From: Auanema rhodensis
Taxonomy: Eukaryota; Animalia; Nematoda
Length of the DNA: 64,000 bases
Direction: 5' to 3'
Assembly: GCA_964057225.1 (NCBI GenBank)
Contig: OZ059897.1
Span: forward strand, 6,572,001 to 6,636,000
In this document: positions 24,306 through 36,800 of the stretch, in pieces
How positions within the stretch are numbered: position 1 is the first letter of the stretch
How the letters are laid out: each line of letters begins with the position of its first letter
Translations under genes and position numbers: made by a program
The notes under the pieces: model-generated
Told to the model about the DNA's origin: nothing
The model's input: the letters and a program-made list of their open reading frames with translations, nothing else
The model's database searches: none

Positions 24306-27300
24306 CTAATCAAATATTTCCTCAATTTTAAGTACACTAGGGCTCGTATCACGTTGGTGATACTGTGGAGGGTAATCGTGTACATTACGATAACCGCCAT
24401 ATGATGGCATATACGGTCGGTGATGAGGTGTTCGTAGTATATGAATAGGAATAAAGAATGGCCTTCCCTGAAAATAACATTAAGTTTATGGCCTTTTTAT
24501 ATGATTTTAGTGTTAATTTACTAAATAACAATATCATCTGTCCGTTAATGCCTTTGAAAAGCTGTTTTGTGAATCACGTTTTGTGAATTTTTGCATCAAA
24601 TTTACCAAATTTATGAAGCTTTCTAAGAGTTTTATGATTGAACGGTTCAAAAGTTGTGATCACATGTCATCGATGATGTTCAACAGACTGGTTATAAACA
24701 GATTTTGCTGAAGGTTTTACTTGGCGAAGGCTGAGGAAAAAAATCCAAAAAAGTAGAAAATTTTCTTCTATTCGTTATATTTGTCTCGCTTTCTTGAAAA
24801 TTTGTCACAAACCTGTGAAGGTGATGAATAGGGTGGCGGACCTTCCTTTGTACTATATTCACTGGGGGGGACGCAGTAGTATATGCTGCTTTTATCATCA
24901 TGATACTATAAAATAACTTTTTTGTTAAAGGACTAATGCTTATGTTTGAAAACCTGGATACTTTTCCGATTACGGGCACCTATATAATTGCCTATGAAAA
25001 CAGGCAGTTCCAGTTCAAAATGACCAGATGATAAGACAATAATGGCATAGCTGACCTAAAGAAAAAGAAAAAAAATGAAAATTCTATTTCTTACATTGAC
25101 ATATTTTAATTTTTTAGAACGAAAATTATTACCTGAATCGGGTTTTCTGGCAATTCCAATGATGGATAACAGTCAGCAGGTATTTTGATTGAATGATGAA
25201 GAGAAAATTCATCGTCAGCCTCTACTGAACCGCATATGAGCTTGGAGATTAACCGATGACTAGAAAGAGAATGCTTTCAGAAGCTGCAATGATGCTGTAT
25301 GGTTTTTGAAACTCACTCAGTTTTCTTTGAATCTCCACAGATATAAACAACTTTTTGTCGGAGCTCAATAGATACATGCTTTATTACGTTTGTTTGATGG
25401 AAGTTGGTGACTTTTCCAGATACAAGTAAATGCTCTCCTAAATATTTTCAATGAATTCTCTTATTATATTGAAGAGCTATTTGTTTTCTCTATAGCATCG
25501 AGGATTTTATCCTCAGATTTATATTATTATGATTCGTGTTTCATCTCATAAATGGCATTTATGTATCTTTCTCTTTATACACATCCATCTGGAACGATCT
25601 TTCTCACCTTTCTCCTCAACACCTCGCCTTTAATTCATTTTTCTCTCTTTCTCGTTCATTTCCCTCTATTGATGTTCCTCTATCCCATAATACCCCTGGA
25701 AGACAGGAGCGGAAACAAGTTTCATTATCATTTCAAACGTGTTTCATTGTCGATCACCCTTTGAAACATGGGATATTTCCTATCTGCTGTTCTCTATGAC
25801 AAAGGTAATATCGAAGCCAAGAACATTTTGAGCTTAAAAACGTAATGCTTGAACTTACCGACTAAGAAATTATTTTTTTCTACTTCAAATTGAACACAGG
25901 CATCTAGTCGATTGAATCCCAATAACTATAAATATCGATGTATATGTTAAAATGCTGATTAACCTTCACTTCTTACATTTTTTTTCAAGTGTCTTTCGAG
26001 CGAACTTGGAAGCGAGTTAGAGGAATCAGCTTCCACGTTCCCAATCACATCAACATCCTTCTCAGCTTCCAAAACGGCATCATCCTGAGAATTGACCCGT
26101 CGCAGTTTTATCTGAAAATCAAACAACTTGCTTCTTCATCAAGCTTATCTTGTTTTCTCTTTCGATTTTATCCCAATTTGGGTTTTTTTTGAATAAGTGT
26201 TCGTACAAGTGTCGGTCACCTGTATTTCTTTTGACTTTCCCAGGTGCCGACAGTTTAACTTTCACAAGCTACAACAAACTAGTTGAGTCTAAGTATAGCC
26301 GTCACAAGACTAATTGCAATTTACCTTCTCACAATTTCATTTTCCTCAGACTAAGCAAGGTCAAATCTTGTTAGTCATCTTCTATCAAAGACAATTTTCC
26401 GTAAAAAAGGTGGAAGAAGATTAAAATCTTGTCTTTTGACTAAGAAAATATAATATCCGTGTCAAGACAAAAAATAGCTGATCGTTTGCATATCGTTATT
26501 TTAACGTAAGAAAGCAGTCATTTCAAGTGTTTTCAAGACGATTTTGAGCTTCTGAATACTTTTTGTAAACATCTTCAGTGTCCTCTTGTAAGATAACTCT
26601 CACACAATGCTTGCGTGTCAAAGTTATTTCACTCAATTTCGAGAATGACCGGCAATTGAGGTTCAGACAGAAGGGTCATTCAAGGTCAGAATTGGACGAT
26701 TAGTATCTTAAGGTATCTTCTGGCCACAACCCCTGCTGTTGAAGATGATTTAAATCTAGACAGATGCCATGAAATTGGAAATTATCGACTTGAAAGAACA
26801 AAAAATTGATTGATAGCCACGAGTGTTCGATTTTTGCAAATTATTGATCCCTGTGGCCATAACTCCATTCAAAGAATTAAAATCAATAATACAGTTACAA
26901 TGGTAAATGTTCAAATAATTTTAGATTTTAATTAAAAAATCTTAAACTAACTGACTTTTAATGTAACTCTGTACGCAACGGCTCCATGTTTTGCTGTAAA
27001 TGTTCCCGGAACATGAGGAGGAACTCGCACTGGTAACGGTAAACGGAAGGATCCGGACGGTAATATGTTGTTATGTCCCTGAAAATGACTCTTAGAGTTT
27101 TCTGTTTTTCATGAGAACACGTGTTAGAAAAATTACTTTTGTAGATGGCAATAGCACAGGCTCAATGGGAAATATTAGGCGTTCAGAGCACAAAGTATTT
27201 ACTGAATCTTGTCCATTGAATGCTGAGCGACATCTTCCCTTCAATTTAAAGCTTTCGATAAAATTTTGAAGAATTTTAGTGAAGTGTACCTCAAAAAGAG

Positions 27301-27768
27301 CGGAAATTCCCAAAACCTCAACGGCATGTGGAATTCTTAAGTGAACTTCTAGGATATCCGCCTGAAGCAGTAAATGATAAAAGCCTATATATGTATATTA
27401 GTCTCGTGTGGAGGTTTTCTTTTTCATTTTTTTTGAGAAAAAAAAGAGAAGGTAGAAGTCATTATTTCATAGCGGTGCTATAAAACAAACGATTATAAAA
27501 ATTGAATGAGAACAATGACAAACAAGCATAAAATATTTTTTTCTGGCATTCAAAAACAAGACCAAAGGAATAAGATGAAGTAATGAATCTTCAGAATCTA
27601 TAAAACATTATTGATTTTCATTACTTCAACTTTTACCAGAGAAAAATATTTTGAACCAAAGAAAAATACTTTTTTTTTAATTTATCGATTTTTGATGCTG
27701 ATTCATACCTGTCCAGCTCGAAGAGGTCGATCTGGTACTACGATCTTCATAGCTCGCTTTCGTCCCAT
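24306..27768 (-). CDS. Alpha-arrestin (arrestin-domain protein, arrd family) with PY motifs, multi-exon
   Basis: Arrestin_N: MGRKRAMKIVVPDRPLRAGQ|ADILEVHLRIP..VLGISALFE|GRCRS..|..LPSGSFRLPLPVRVPPHVPGTFTAKHGAVAYRVTLK. Arrestin_C: GEHLLVSGKVTN..IELRQKVVY..IKIPADCYPS..|VSYAIIV..LELPVFIG. Tail with PPPY and PPQY, ending KIEEIFD*. Confidence 0.85.
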
Positions 27769-30700
27769 TTCGAAATGGAGGAGCTGAAATATGCAGTTAA
27801 GATTGTATTGATGATCGCAAATAAAAACGAATATTATAAAAGAAAACAATACGGCTAAGTTTGACGCATAGAAAATAGGCTGTGACCATATTAAGTATTA
27901 AGAAATTCAAGAAAAAACTAGAAAAAAAGACCAAAAAATCGCTGTGAAACTAATCCGAAATGATGGAAATCGAACAGGTTACTTGATAGAAAAGTATATA
28001 AAATCCATTAAACCTTTTTGAAGCTTTTAAAAGTAAAATATTTATGTTATTCGAATGGAGGGCAACAGATAATGACCATATTAGTCCAAATCAGCTGGGC
28101 TTGTTGTAGTCCATAACCGGATGATTTCTCGTTTTTCGTGTCGGGACACATGCTAGCTCTAATGATTAGAAGAAGAATATTCGAAAGATGAAATATTCGA
28201 AAGAAAGAAAGATAGTGAGAAAATGGAACCTGTGGGCGGCTAAGGCTACAACAGAACCGTCATGTAGACCGTCACCATCTAGGAAGGCGTGGCTGGACAG
28301 AACGCATTGATGGGTGGGGTCATCATGTTTGACAAGTGAGAGAAAGCCTCCTCATGTTTTAAGGAACAAATCTGATTTTGCTAATAGTTCAGCTTTCCAT
28401 ATTGTATTTATGTAAATATCCATCTTTGTTTAATTTTGCAAATATTGGAAAATAAGCAAAAAAGGAGGGAAGAAGAGTCTCGTTCCTCATCAGATGAACG
28501 ATGAAAAGCCATAGCAGCTTAACCATCTCTCATTCACTTATATGTATAGATAACCGTTTTCATCTTTGTGATTGATCCGATGAATGCTAAAGATTTTCTC
28601 CAGTAACATTCAAAATTGCAAAAATATCGTAAAAATTTTAGAAGTTTGAAAACCGGCTAGTCGTGTGCTTATCTACTATGATTCAATATGAATTATTTTC
28701 TGTATTAAAGCTGTAACCATACAACCTATTGATAAAACTATATGATGAAGAAAACAAACCAGAATTTATGTGAAGAATCTCAAAATGAAAGACATCATTC
28801 ATCTTTATATCAAATCTTTTTTTTTATGTTATTCTTTAAACATAATTTATAACTTCTGATTTATATTATTCTTCAGATGAATTCCAAATTATTTCCCTTT
28901 AATATTATTAATTCATTAATTTGCCACGAAACTTTCATATTTACTGTCAAAACAACAACATACAATAACAAAATACATTTTATAACTTAAAAAGGCCAAT
29001 CCTTCCTTGTATCTATAGATCAAATTTGTTTTCTTACTCTTAGCTTTGAGAGCCACACACACACACACACACACAGATACACACACTCATAGAAACAGAC
29101 ACATACATGCTCATACATACGCACACGTATCTCCTATAAGCTACATGTTTTCAATGTTGAAAACAGTTAATGAAATACCATCATCATCTCATCACAATAA
29201 CGATTGTTTTTATTTGTTTTGCCGTTTTTTTTTTGAGAAATTGCTACTTTTTAAATCTTATAGTTTGTATAATACTAATACTATAATCAGCAGTAAACAA
29301 AGTTTTGATTGTGACTTGATCAAGAAAAACGAAAAGTTTATTGATCATGAATCACGGATGTAATATCTTTGCAATTTCCTATACTTCTACGCATTCACAA
29401 TATTATTTTTCTAGTTTTATCTTTCTTTTTTTGTTTCTTCGATTCAAATAACATACTGTTTGTATAGTTTTATTTCTTCTTTTATAATTATAAGTGACTT
29501 TTAGTATTTGAAATACTGTATCCTAATAGAAACATTTATTTTGTTTATAGATGTTTTAAATATTTAATTTTCTTATTTTTGAACTATTTAATGTTAGTGC
29601 ACTTTTTATTTTCATTTAAATAATTAATTAAGTTTTTTATTTAAGCCTTTATTGCGGAACTATCTGTTTTTGAATTAATTATATATACTATCTTAGTTAA
29701 CTATCTCTTATATTATCTTTAAATAATTTTAAAACTTCCTTATGTAATTTTGAAATCTATTTGTTCGCTTTGGTAGTAACAAACTACATTCGTTTCAGCC
29801 GAAACACGTATTCAATATATATAATTTATATAATATGATATAGTATACATGTATATGTATTTACATATATAAATATTATGTTTTTTGTTATCATACAATA
29901 TAAAATTGCAGTGATATTGTTGTATTCAACCGTATCGTGTTAAATAACTGATTGCAAACACTTACGTGAAGTTGACGTGAAATTCGCGTGACACGTGAAA
30001 TGTGAATTCCATTCAAATACATTTTTTGACCCCCATCATAAACAATTTTTTCATTTCATACAAACTTCTAAGCTTTTCAGAATATTTTCTCAACTTTGTT
30101 CGGGAATAATAAATCTTTTTCCTTCATTTATATAGTTTAATATAAGTTTGTATATCACTAGTCGGCTTATTACTCTCATTCATTGACCAGACGATAATTT
30201 CTAAACAAAAGTTAGAGTATAAGAGTAAGATTAGATGAAACATGAAACTGTTCCGGCTATAGTATAAGTATAATAATACGCCTAGCCATGTGACCATATC
30301 GTAGCAATATTCTCTGAAAAAGTTATTTGAAGTAAACGAAATGTAATATAATCTTTTTAAATTTTGAAAATGATATTTATATAGTTTGTATAGTTTGTTC
30401 CAAATACTTCATGCTCTATACGATGTGAATATGATAGATGACAGTAATGAATTGACCATTGAAAATATTCATAAACTTGTCATTTCATTGCATTATGTGT
30501 GTTGGATATTCATAAAGCTAAGTAGGAAATTTTTGACATATAAATGATATTTCCCGTGTCCTTAAAGGATAAAACGTTCGGAAAAGAGAAAAGGAACATA
30601 AGTGAATACAACAAGAATCTGAGAAGTATCAGAATTTCAAGAAATATCTAAATATATCTTTAAACATATACACATATATCATGTGATAATACTAATAATA

Positions 30701-33700
30701 ATTATAATACTTTCATTTGTGTTCCTTGTCATTCCGCCCTCCCCTTTTCAACTTCCTCTCCTGCTTCCATGATACTTCATTGAATTCCGTCTCTTGATCT
30801 TTAATGAAAAAAAAATTTAAACGAAAAAATGATAGAAAGTTTGTGGGTGTAGAGGTCAACATTGAAAATGTCTGTGTAGCAATCGGAGGCGTGCCGAGGT
30901 GATCTTGTAGTTGAATGGTGAGCGAAGATGAATTCAAAAGACTTTTATGAGCATTTTGATGAAAAAAAACTTTTAAAAGCTTTGAAACTTTTGAATGAGT
31001 CATAAGGACATATTCTCTTGTTCCTTTGCCTCTCACTGTGTTCCTAATTTTCTGAATTTTAATCACTTCATGAAGCGTCGACTTCCTTGGAGCCCAAAAA
31101 ACGATTACATTCACTGAGCATTTCATTATGTTCGTTCTCTCGTCTTTCTAAAATATTTCGAATGAAGTCAAATAAGACATGAAATAGAAAATACTCTGAC
31201 TGGAAGTTGATTGTATACATGGTCCTTATTTGTCTCAAAGCTGAAAAGGAAAGGTAGTCGTTACAGCCGTCAGCCAGAAATCGCCTTCAATGAACTTACC
31301 CTATACTCGTGTTTTACTCAGATTCCAATAATCTGAGTGCTTTTCTTTTCTCTACTATTCATTTTTCACAATAAATAATTTTTAGATACTTTTCTTCTCT
31401 TCAGAATCACTTCTATATATGCTTTATTTTGTAAAATATGAAATATCCCTTCATAGCTCCATCAATAGCTCCGTCATACTCTGTAACAGATTTTTACATG
31501 AAAATTCAATTTTTCTTAGGTAAATATAACATAAATCGAAAATTTTCTCATTCTCAAGAGCCATATTGAAAGATGCTCATCTCATTGTCTTGTACTTTGA
31601 TCTCAAAATATGTGATGTGGTATAGAATATAATTGTGAAACAACTTCTATATATATACATCTAACTATTTCCAGGATAATATATTAAAATGATACACAAG
31701 CTGAAGAATAATCGAATTTTTATTCTATTTTGAGAGTATTTTGTTCTTTTTTTCTAATGTTAAACTGTTGAAGAATCCTTAGTTTTAATCCTATGAGCCC
31801 TCACTATTCTTACTTTTCTAACTGAATTTTCAACATTTCTTCTTTTGTTTCTTTTTCCTTCACCTTTTACGCCCATCATGTTCTTGTCAGCTACCAATTT
31901 AGGGCAAAATTCCTTTTTTATATCCAATTTCTATTTAAAAATGTTAAGAGATCAAGAATTATTTATAACTTACTATTGCACTTCCAAAACCTGCGGAATT
32001 CGAACCTAGGTTTCACAACGAGTCAGTTCATGTTTTTCACCCTGGATAAGCTTCTCTTATTACTTAAAACGGGTGTAAAATCAATTTGACTGCCCTTTCG
32101 ACCAGTTTATACTTAATATGATGACGTATTAATTTCTTTTTTTAAAATAACTTACATATTAATGATTACTCTAATCTAATTTTAACTGAATATCATCATG
32201 TACCGTTAAAGTATCTACTTCGCTACATCGGACACACATCACGATTTACACTTTATGTTCTATTATTCTCGAATTGGGGAAAGAACAATCACGATTTCAT
32301 GCTTTATTTACCTTTGACTCAATATCCGCTCCAGATTTTCCTCTTGTCTAGAATTCCGGAAGGAATTTTATGTTGTTCTTGGTGTTAGTTACGTCATTTT
32401 GTTCATGCTTTTCATAAGTAAAAACGTTTTAAGCTCACCATTCTCGACTTCAAGATATCACTTGACTTTGAAGTAACTTCCTACAGTTTCCTCGTGATTT
32501 GCAGCTTAGGCTTCTTTAAGTTGCAACTTGAAAATATTGTTTCCGCATAGTAAATATCAACTTTCTCCGTTTTTGAAAAATAAAACTACCTTCATTTTCA
32601 ATTCATAACTGATTATCTTGAATTATCAAAGTACAAGCAAAAAAAAAGAAAAAAAATATCTTCCTTTTTCATTTTTTTTGTTTGCCAAATTTTATACAAA
32701 TTGAGTTGTGTTTTGCATACTATGCTATATAATATATATATATACATATATCTGACTTAAAGCATCCGCATGTTTCTCCACAATATTTCTCACCAACTCA
32801 TCCGGATAACTAACTCATCTCGTTTAAAATGTCGACGGATCGGTTTTTATTTTTCATTCACTACCTCGTATAATCTCTTCATACTCTTCAAAATGTTCCA
32901 TCTTATTCTTGCACGAAAAAACTTTGAAACTGGCTCTCAACAAATAACATAAAACATACAATCTCTCTCACTTTCTTTCTTTCTCTCTCTCTCTCCCTCT
33001 CTTTCTCTCTTTTTCCTTTTTTTTCTCCCTTTCTCTCTCTTTCTCTCAGATTCTCCCACATTCGCAGTAATCAAGAATAACCGAAGATAGTTGCTTCATG
33101 TATTTGATATTGAATATTGTCTTATTGCCACATTTTTCTTTTTTTCCTCACTTTACTTTGTCTCTTCCAGTATTTTTTTTCTTGTCATGTAATAACGACT
33201 TCTGTTGATATTGAGTGTGTTGTTCTCGGATTTCACTGAAATCCGTTCATGTACAGATTTCTTTAATGCGTTCAACCAAAAGGCTAAAAAAACTTTCATA
33301 CCTTTTGATCTAAGTTTGCAGTTTTGAGCTTAATGTTGATTGTTTATGTATGATGATGATTATAATTTATAGCTAGATATAAGCTTAATTGAAAACATCT
33401 TCTTGTATCTGAATCATATGGTACATAGAGTGATAGTGTAGAATTAAAAGCTACATCTTAATGTATTCATAATAGCCTTTACCTCCCCCGCGGCGTCATC
33501 TTTGGTTATCAAGCCATACTTTTTCATCTTTCCCTACCTATTTCCTTAATATTTCTTGTCATTGATGAAGAAAAATTATGAATGTTTCACATATATATAG
33601 ATATATATATAACTATATGTATATAGATAGATTTACAGGTATCTATGTATATTTGAAATATCTATAGAATGTTCCGAAACGATTACTTCACTGCTATGAA

Positions 33701-35834
33701 TCAATCTTTAAGAGTCATTAGCAGTAGGACAGACGCACTCTTCACATTTAATCTTCATAATTTTGTATTTTTTCTTTTTACCACTTCTACAACTTTTTCT
33801 CTTTCTCTCTTACTTTTTCCTACTTTTTACTATTATTATATCAAACATCACATCTATATATCTATATATAGATATAGATATATGAATGCATGTTGTAGCA
33901 CTTTACGCTATTTGAATTTTTTTCGACGAAAAAAGCGTCGCCATTCAATTTGTATGTTAATTCATTTGATCAATAACCAACCGTTCAAGATGCTAATTAA
34001 GTCTACGAATATGATATTGTATGTACACGTGTATTTTCACGTGAAACTATTTTTTTCTCTTGGATTTTCCACGTCAATCTTCACGTGAAAACAACTTCTT
34101 GAGTTTTATTAACCTGCTTCTCAGATTTTATGAAATGTTATTCATATTTTGCACAAATATTGTCTATGTTGCTTTCAAATTTTGATGAGAATTATCACAC
34201 AAGGGAATCGTCTAATGTCTTTCATTCTACGTTAGTTGTCTGGATTTTCTTGGTTTTTTTTCTTCATGTTTTGCAATGATATTACAAATATGTGTGCATA
34301 TTTTCGTATTTTTTTCCAATTTAATTCTTAGAATTTGAGAAAAATAGAAATTCGATATTAAGTATTATTGATTATTAGTAGTTTATCTTAGTTATAAATA
34401 CTTAAATCATCATCGTATATATGATGATTTGAATATATGCTATACTAATTATACTCTCAAGATCTTTATGAGAGTATTTTCGAACTTGAAAACCTACGCA
34501 ACAGATTCATAACATCTTCTGTACTTTAAGGCCCATTGACCCGACTTACAGACGAATTTCTTTTGAAATACAAACAATTGCTGGTAAATTGTTGTTCAGA
34601 CGATTTAGCAGTAGGCTATTCACGTAGACAAGTCTTGAAATTTTTAAATTAGATTTGAGAAAGCCCCACAGTTTGCCATATTCATGATTCTCTTTTTTTT
34701 TCTCAAATTCATTAAATTCAGAACTTTTGAACTATTTTCTCCCTTTTTCTCATATTTTATTTTGTTAAACTCATCCCATCGGCTTATTTATTTTGAAAAG
34801 TTTCTCATCTGAATACTGTTTTAATCAAAAAATATTTTAAAGTGATTAAACCTGAAAAAGAAAATTATTTTGAAATATTTATATTTATATTTTTTTCATT
34901 CATAAATTGGCTTAGAATTACTCCACTTAACTCTGTTCTTGATGAATATAATCAAATCAATGGAGGTCGTTACCGTTGAGAAAAACAAACAAAAACGTTT
35001 TTCAATTTTTATTATTTCATCTTCCAGTTCAAAATATTTATGAAGATTTTCGATTTTAAAATATTATTAAATTGAGTTCATGATGCTTTATATAATATAT
35101 AATTTATGCTTAAAAAAACTATATAATTAGCTTATAACATGCATTATTTTGGAAAAAAAACTTAATACTATTGTTGAGTTAATTTAATTGTGAAAAACAG
35201 CTATTAAGTGAAGAAATACAGCATTTATAGTTAATTCTCACCTTTTAGCCTTTCTGAGCAAAATAAAAAATAAATAAGAAAACAGGGTTTAATTTCTGTA
35301 ATCTGATGATTTAATTTAAGAAAAATAGTATCCTTCATAAGTAGATAGATTTGCAGATGCTTTTGCAAGTTTCAAAAGCTGCAAGAAAGCTTTGAAATCT
35401 ATTTTTTAATTCAATATATTTGTAGGTTAGATATAGCTTAGAAGCTTGTCCTTAGAACATACATACATAAACGATAGACGTATGAATGACAGACGACGGA
35501 GGGCAAAATAAGTTTGAAAAGAAGAAGATGTTTATTGTTTTAAGAAAACAAAACAAAAAGAAAAATACAGATAAACAGTTTCAAATATTCATAAATACAT
35601 ACATTTTCATATATTGTATTGTATATATATATATATATATATATAATACATGAATAGTTAATATAGATAGATGAATGTATGTAGTATGAACTTACATTCT
35701 ATTTATGTATATATCCTATATCAATATGCGTATTCAAGAATTCTTAACTATATCTACAAATAAATGTATATTTTTACTTTTTTTTATATACAAACATACA
35801 CATCACCATCACAATTACAACATATTCTCCCATT

Positions 35835-35935
35835 TCTTCTTTTTTTTCGTCTTCGTCTTCGTCGTCTTCTTCTTCTCCTTCTTCTTCATCGTCTTCTTCT
35901 TCTTTTCCTTCTTCTCCTTCTTGTTCTTCATCTTC
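35835..35935. repeat. Degenerate (TTC/TCG)n trinucleotide low-complexity tract
   Basis: TTCTTCTT..CGTCTTCGTCTTC.. run; it produces the spurious Phe/Leu/Glu-rich ORFs in the track. Confidence 0.8.
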
Positions 35936-36744
35936 TGAGAATGCTGTCTGACATACTCTCACATGTCATCTCATTTTTTTAATTTGATCTTAGTACAAGT
36001 GCGATGAGACGGTTAATAGTTATGTGTACTTGAATATGTGTGGGACAACAAACATTTCCCTTCACTTTTCCTTTCGTTGAATCTGCTCTTCATTCATGAA
36101 AATTTGATTAATTCTTTATATAACAACATAGATAGATAGATAGATAGATAGATATATACATATATGGTTGTTTTTTTACAAAAAAGAGACGAATTATTAG
36201 ATTTTATTCGTTATACATATGTACTGATAAAATTAATTTTAATTATATTAACTACCAAACAATAATATATAGTAGTAATAAAAGTAGAATTAGTAGATGT
36301 TGTAGATGTACTTATACATATAGTATATTCATCTCTGCAAAAATATGTGTTACTAATGTTTTGTTTTCTTACAAAATAGTTGATGTTCTTCTTCTTCTTC
36401 TTCTTCATCATCATCATCTACTATTACTATTATTACAAACTCTTACTTAAACGTTTGCATAAACTTTCTAACTGGATCTATCTACCTACCTATCTATCCA
36501 TCTATCTATCCATATTATTATTATTATTAAAACATCAGATATGTGTATATTCTTATTTCATGAGTACTTTTTTAATGCCTTCTTATCCATATGGCTCAGA
36601 CCATAGTATTTCATAGATTACTGCCAAAATATGGGTATAAAATGAAAGAATAACAATCGAAAATGAAACACAGAAGCCATTGAAAAAATCTTGAAACTTT
36701 GCTGGCATATTTTTTTAAATTTTCTCTTCACTTCTTCATCACGT

Positions 36745-36745
<1 letters not shown>

Positions 36746-36795
<50 letters not shown>
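36746..36795. repeat. (CT)n microsatellite
   Basis: About 25 perfect units. Confidence 0.95.

Positions 36796-36800
<5 letters not shown>

Noticed and set aside
28465-28500. Minus-strand CTGATGAG-GAA-CGAGAC resembling a minimal hammerhead ribozyme core
   Set aside because: It has GAGA instead of the required GAAA, and no convincing stems I/III or NUH cleavage site.
30713-31330. 137-aa ORF and nearby exon-like pieces on the minus strand
   Set aside because: No recognisable domain, and candidate splice models hit stop codons.
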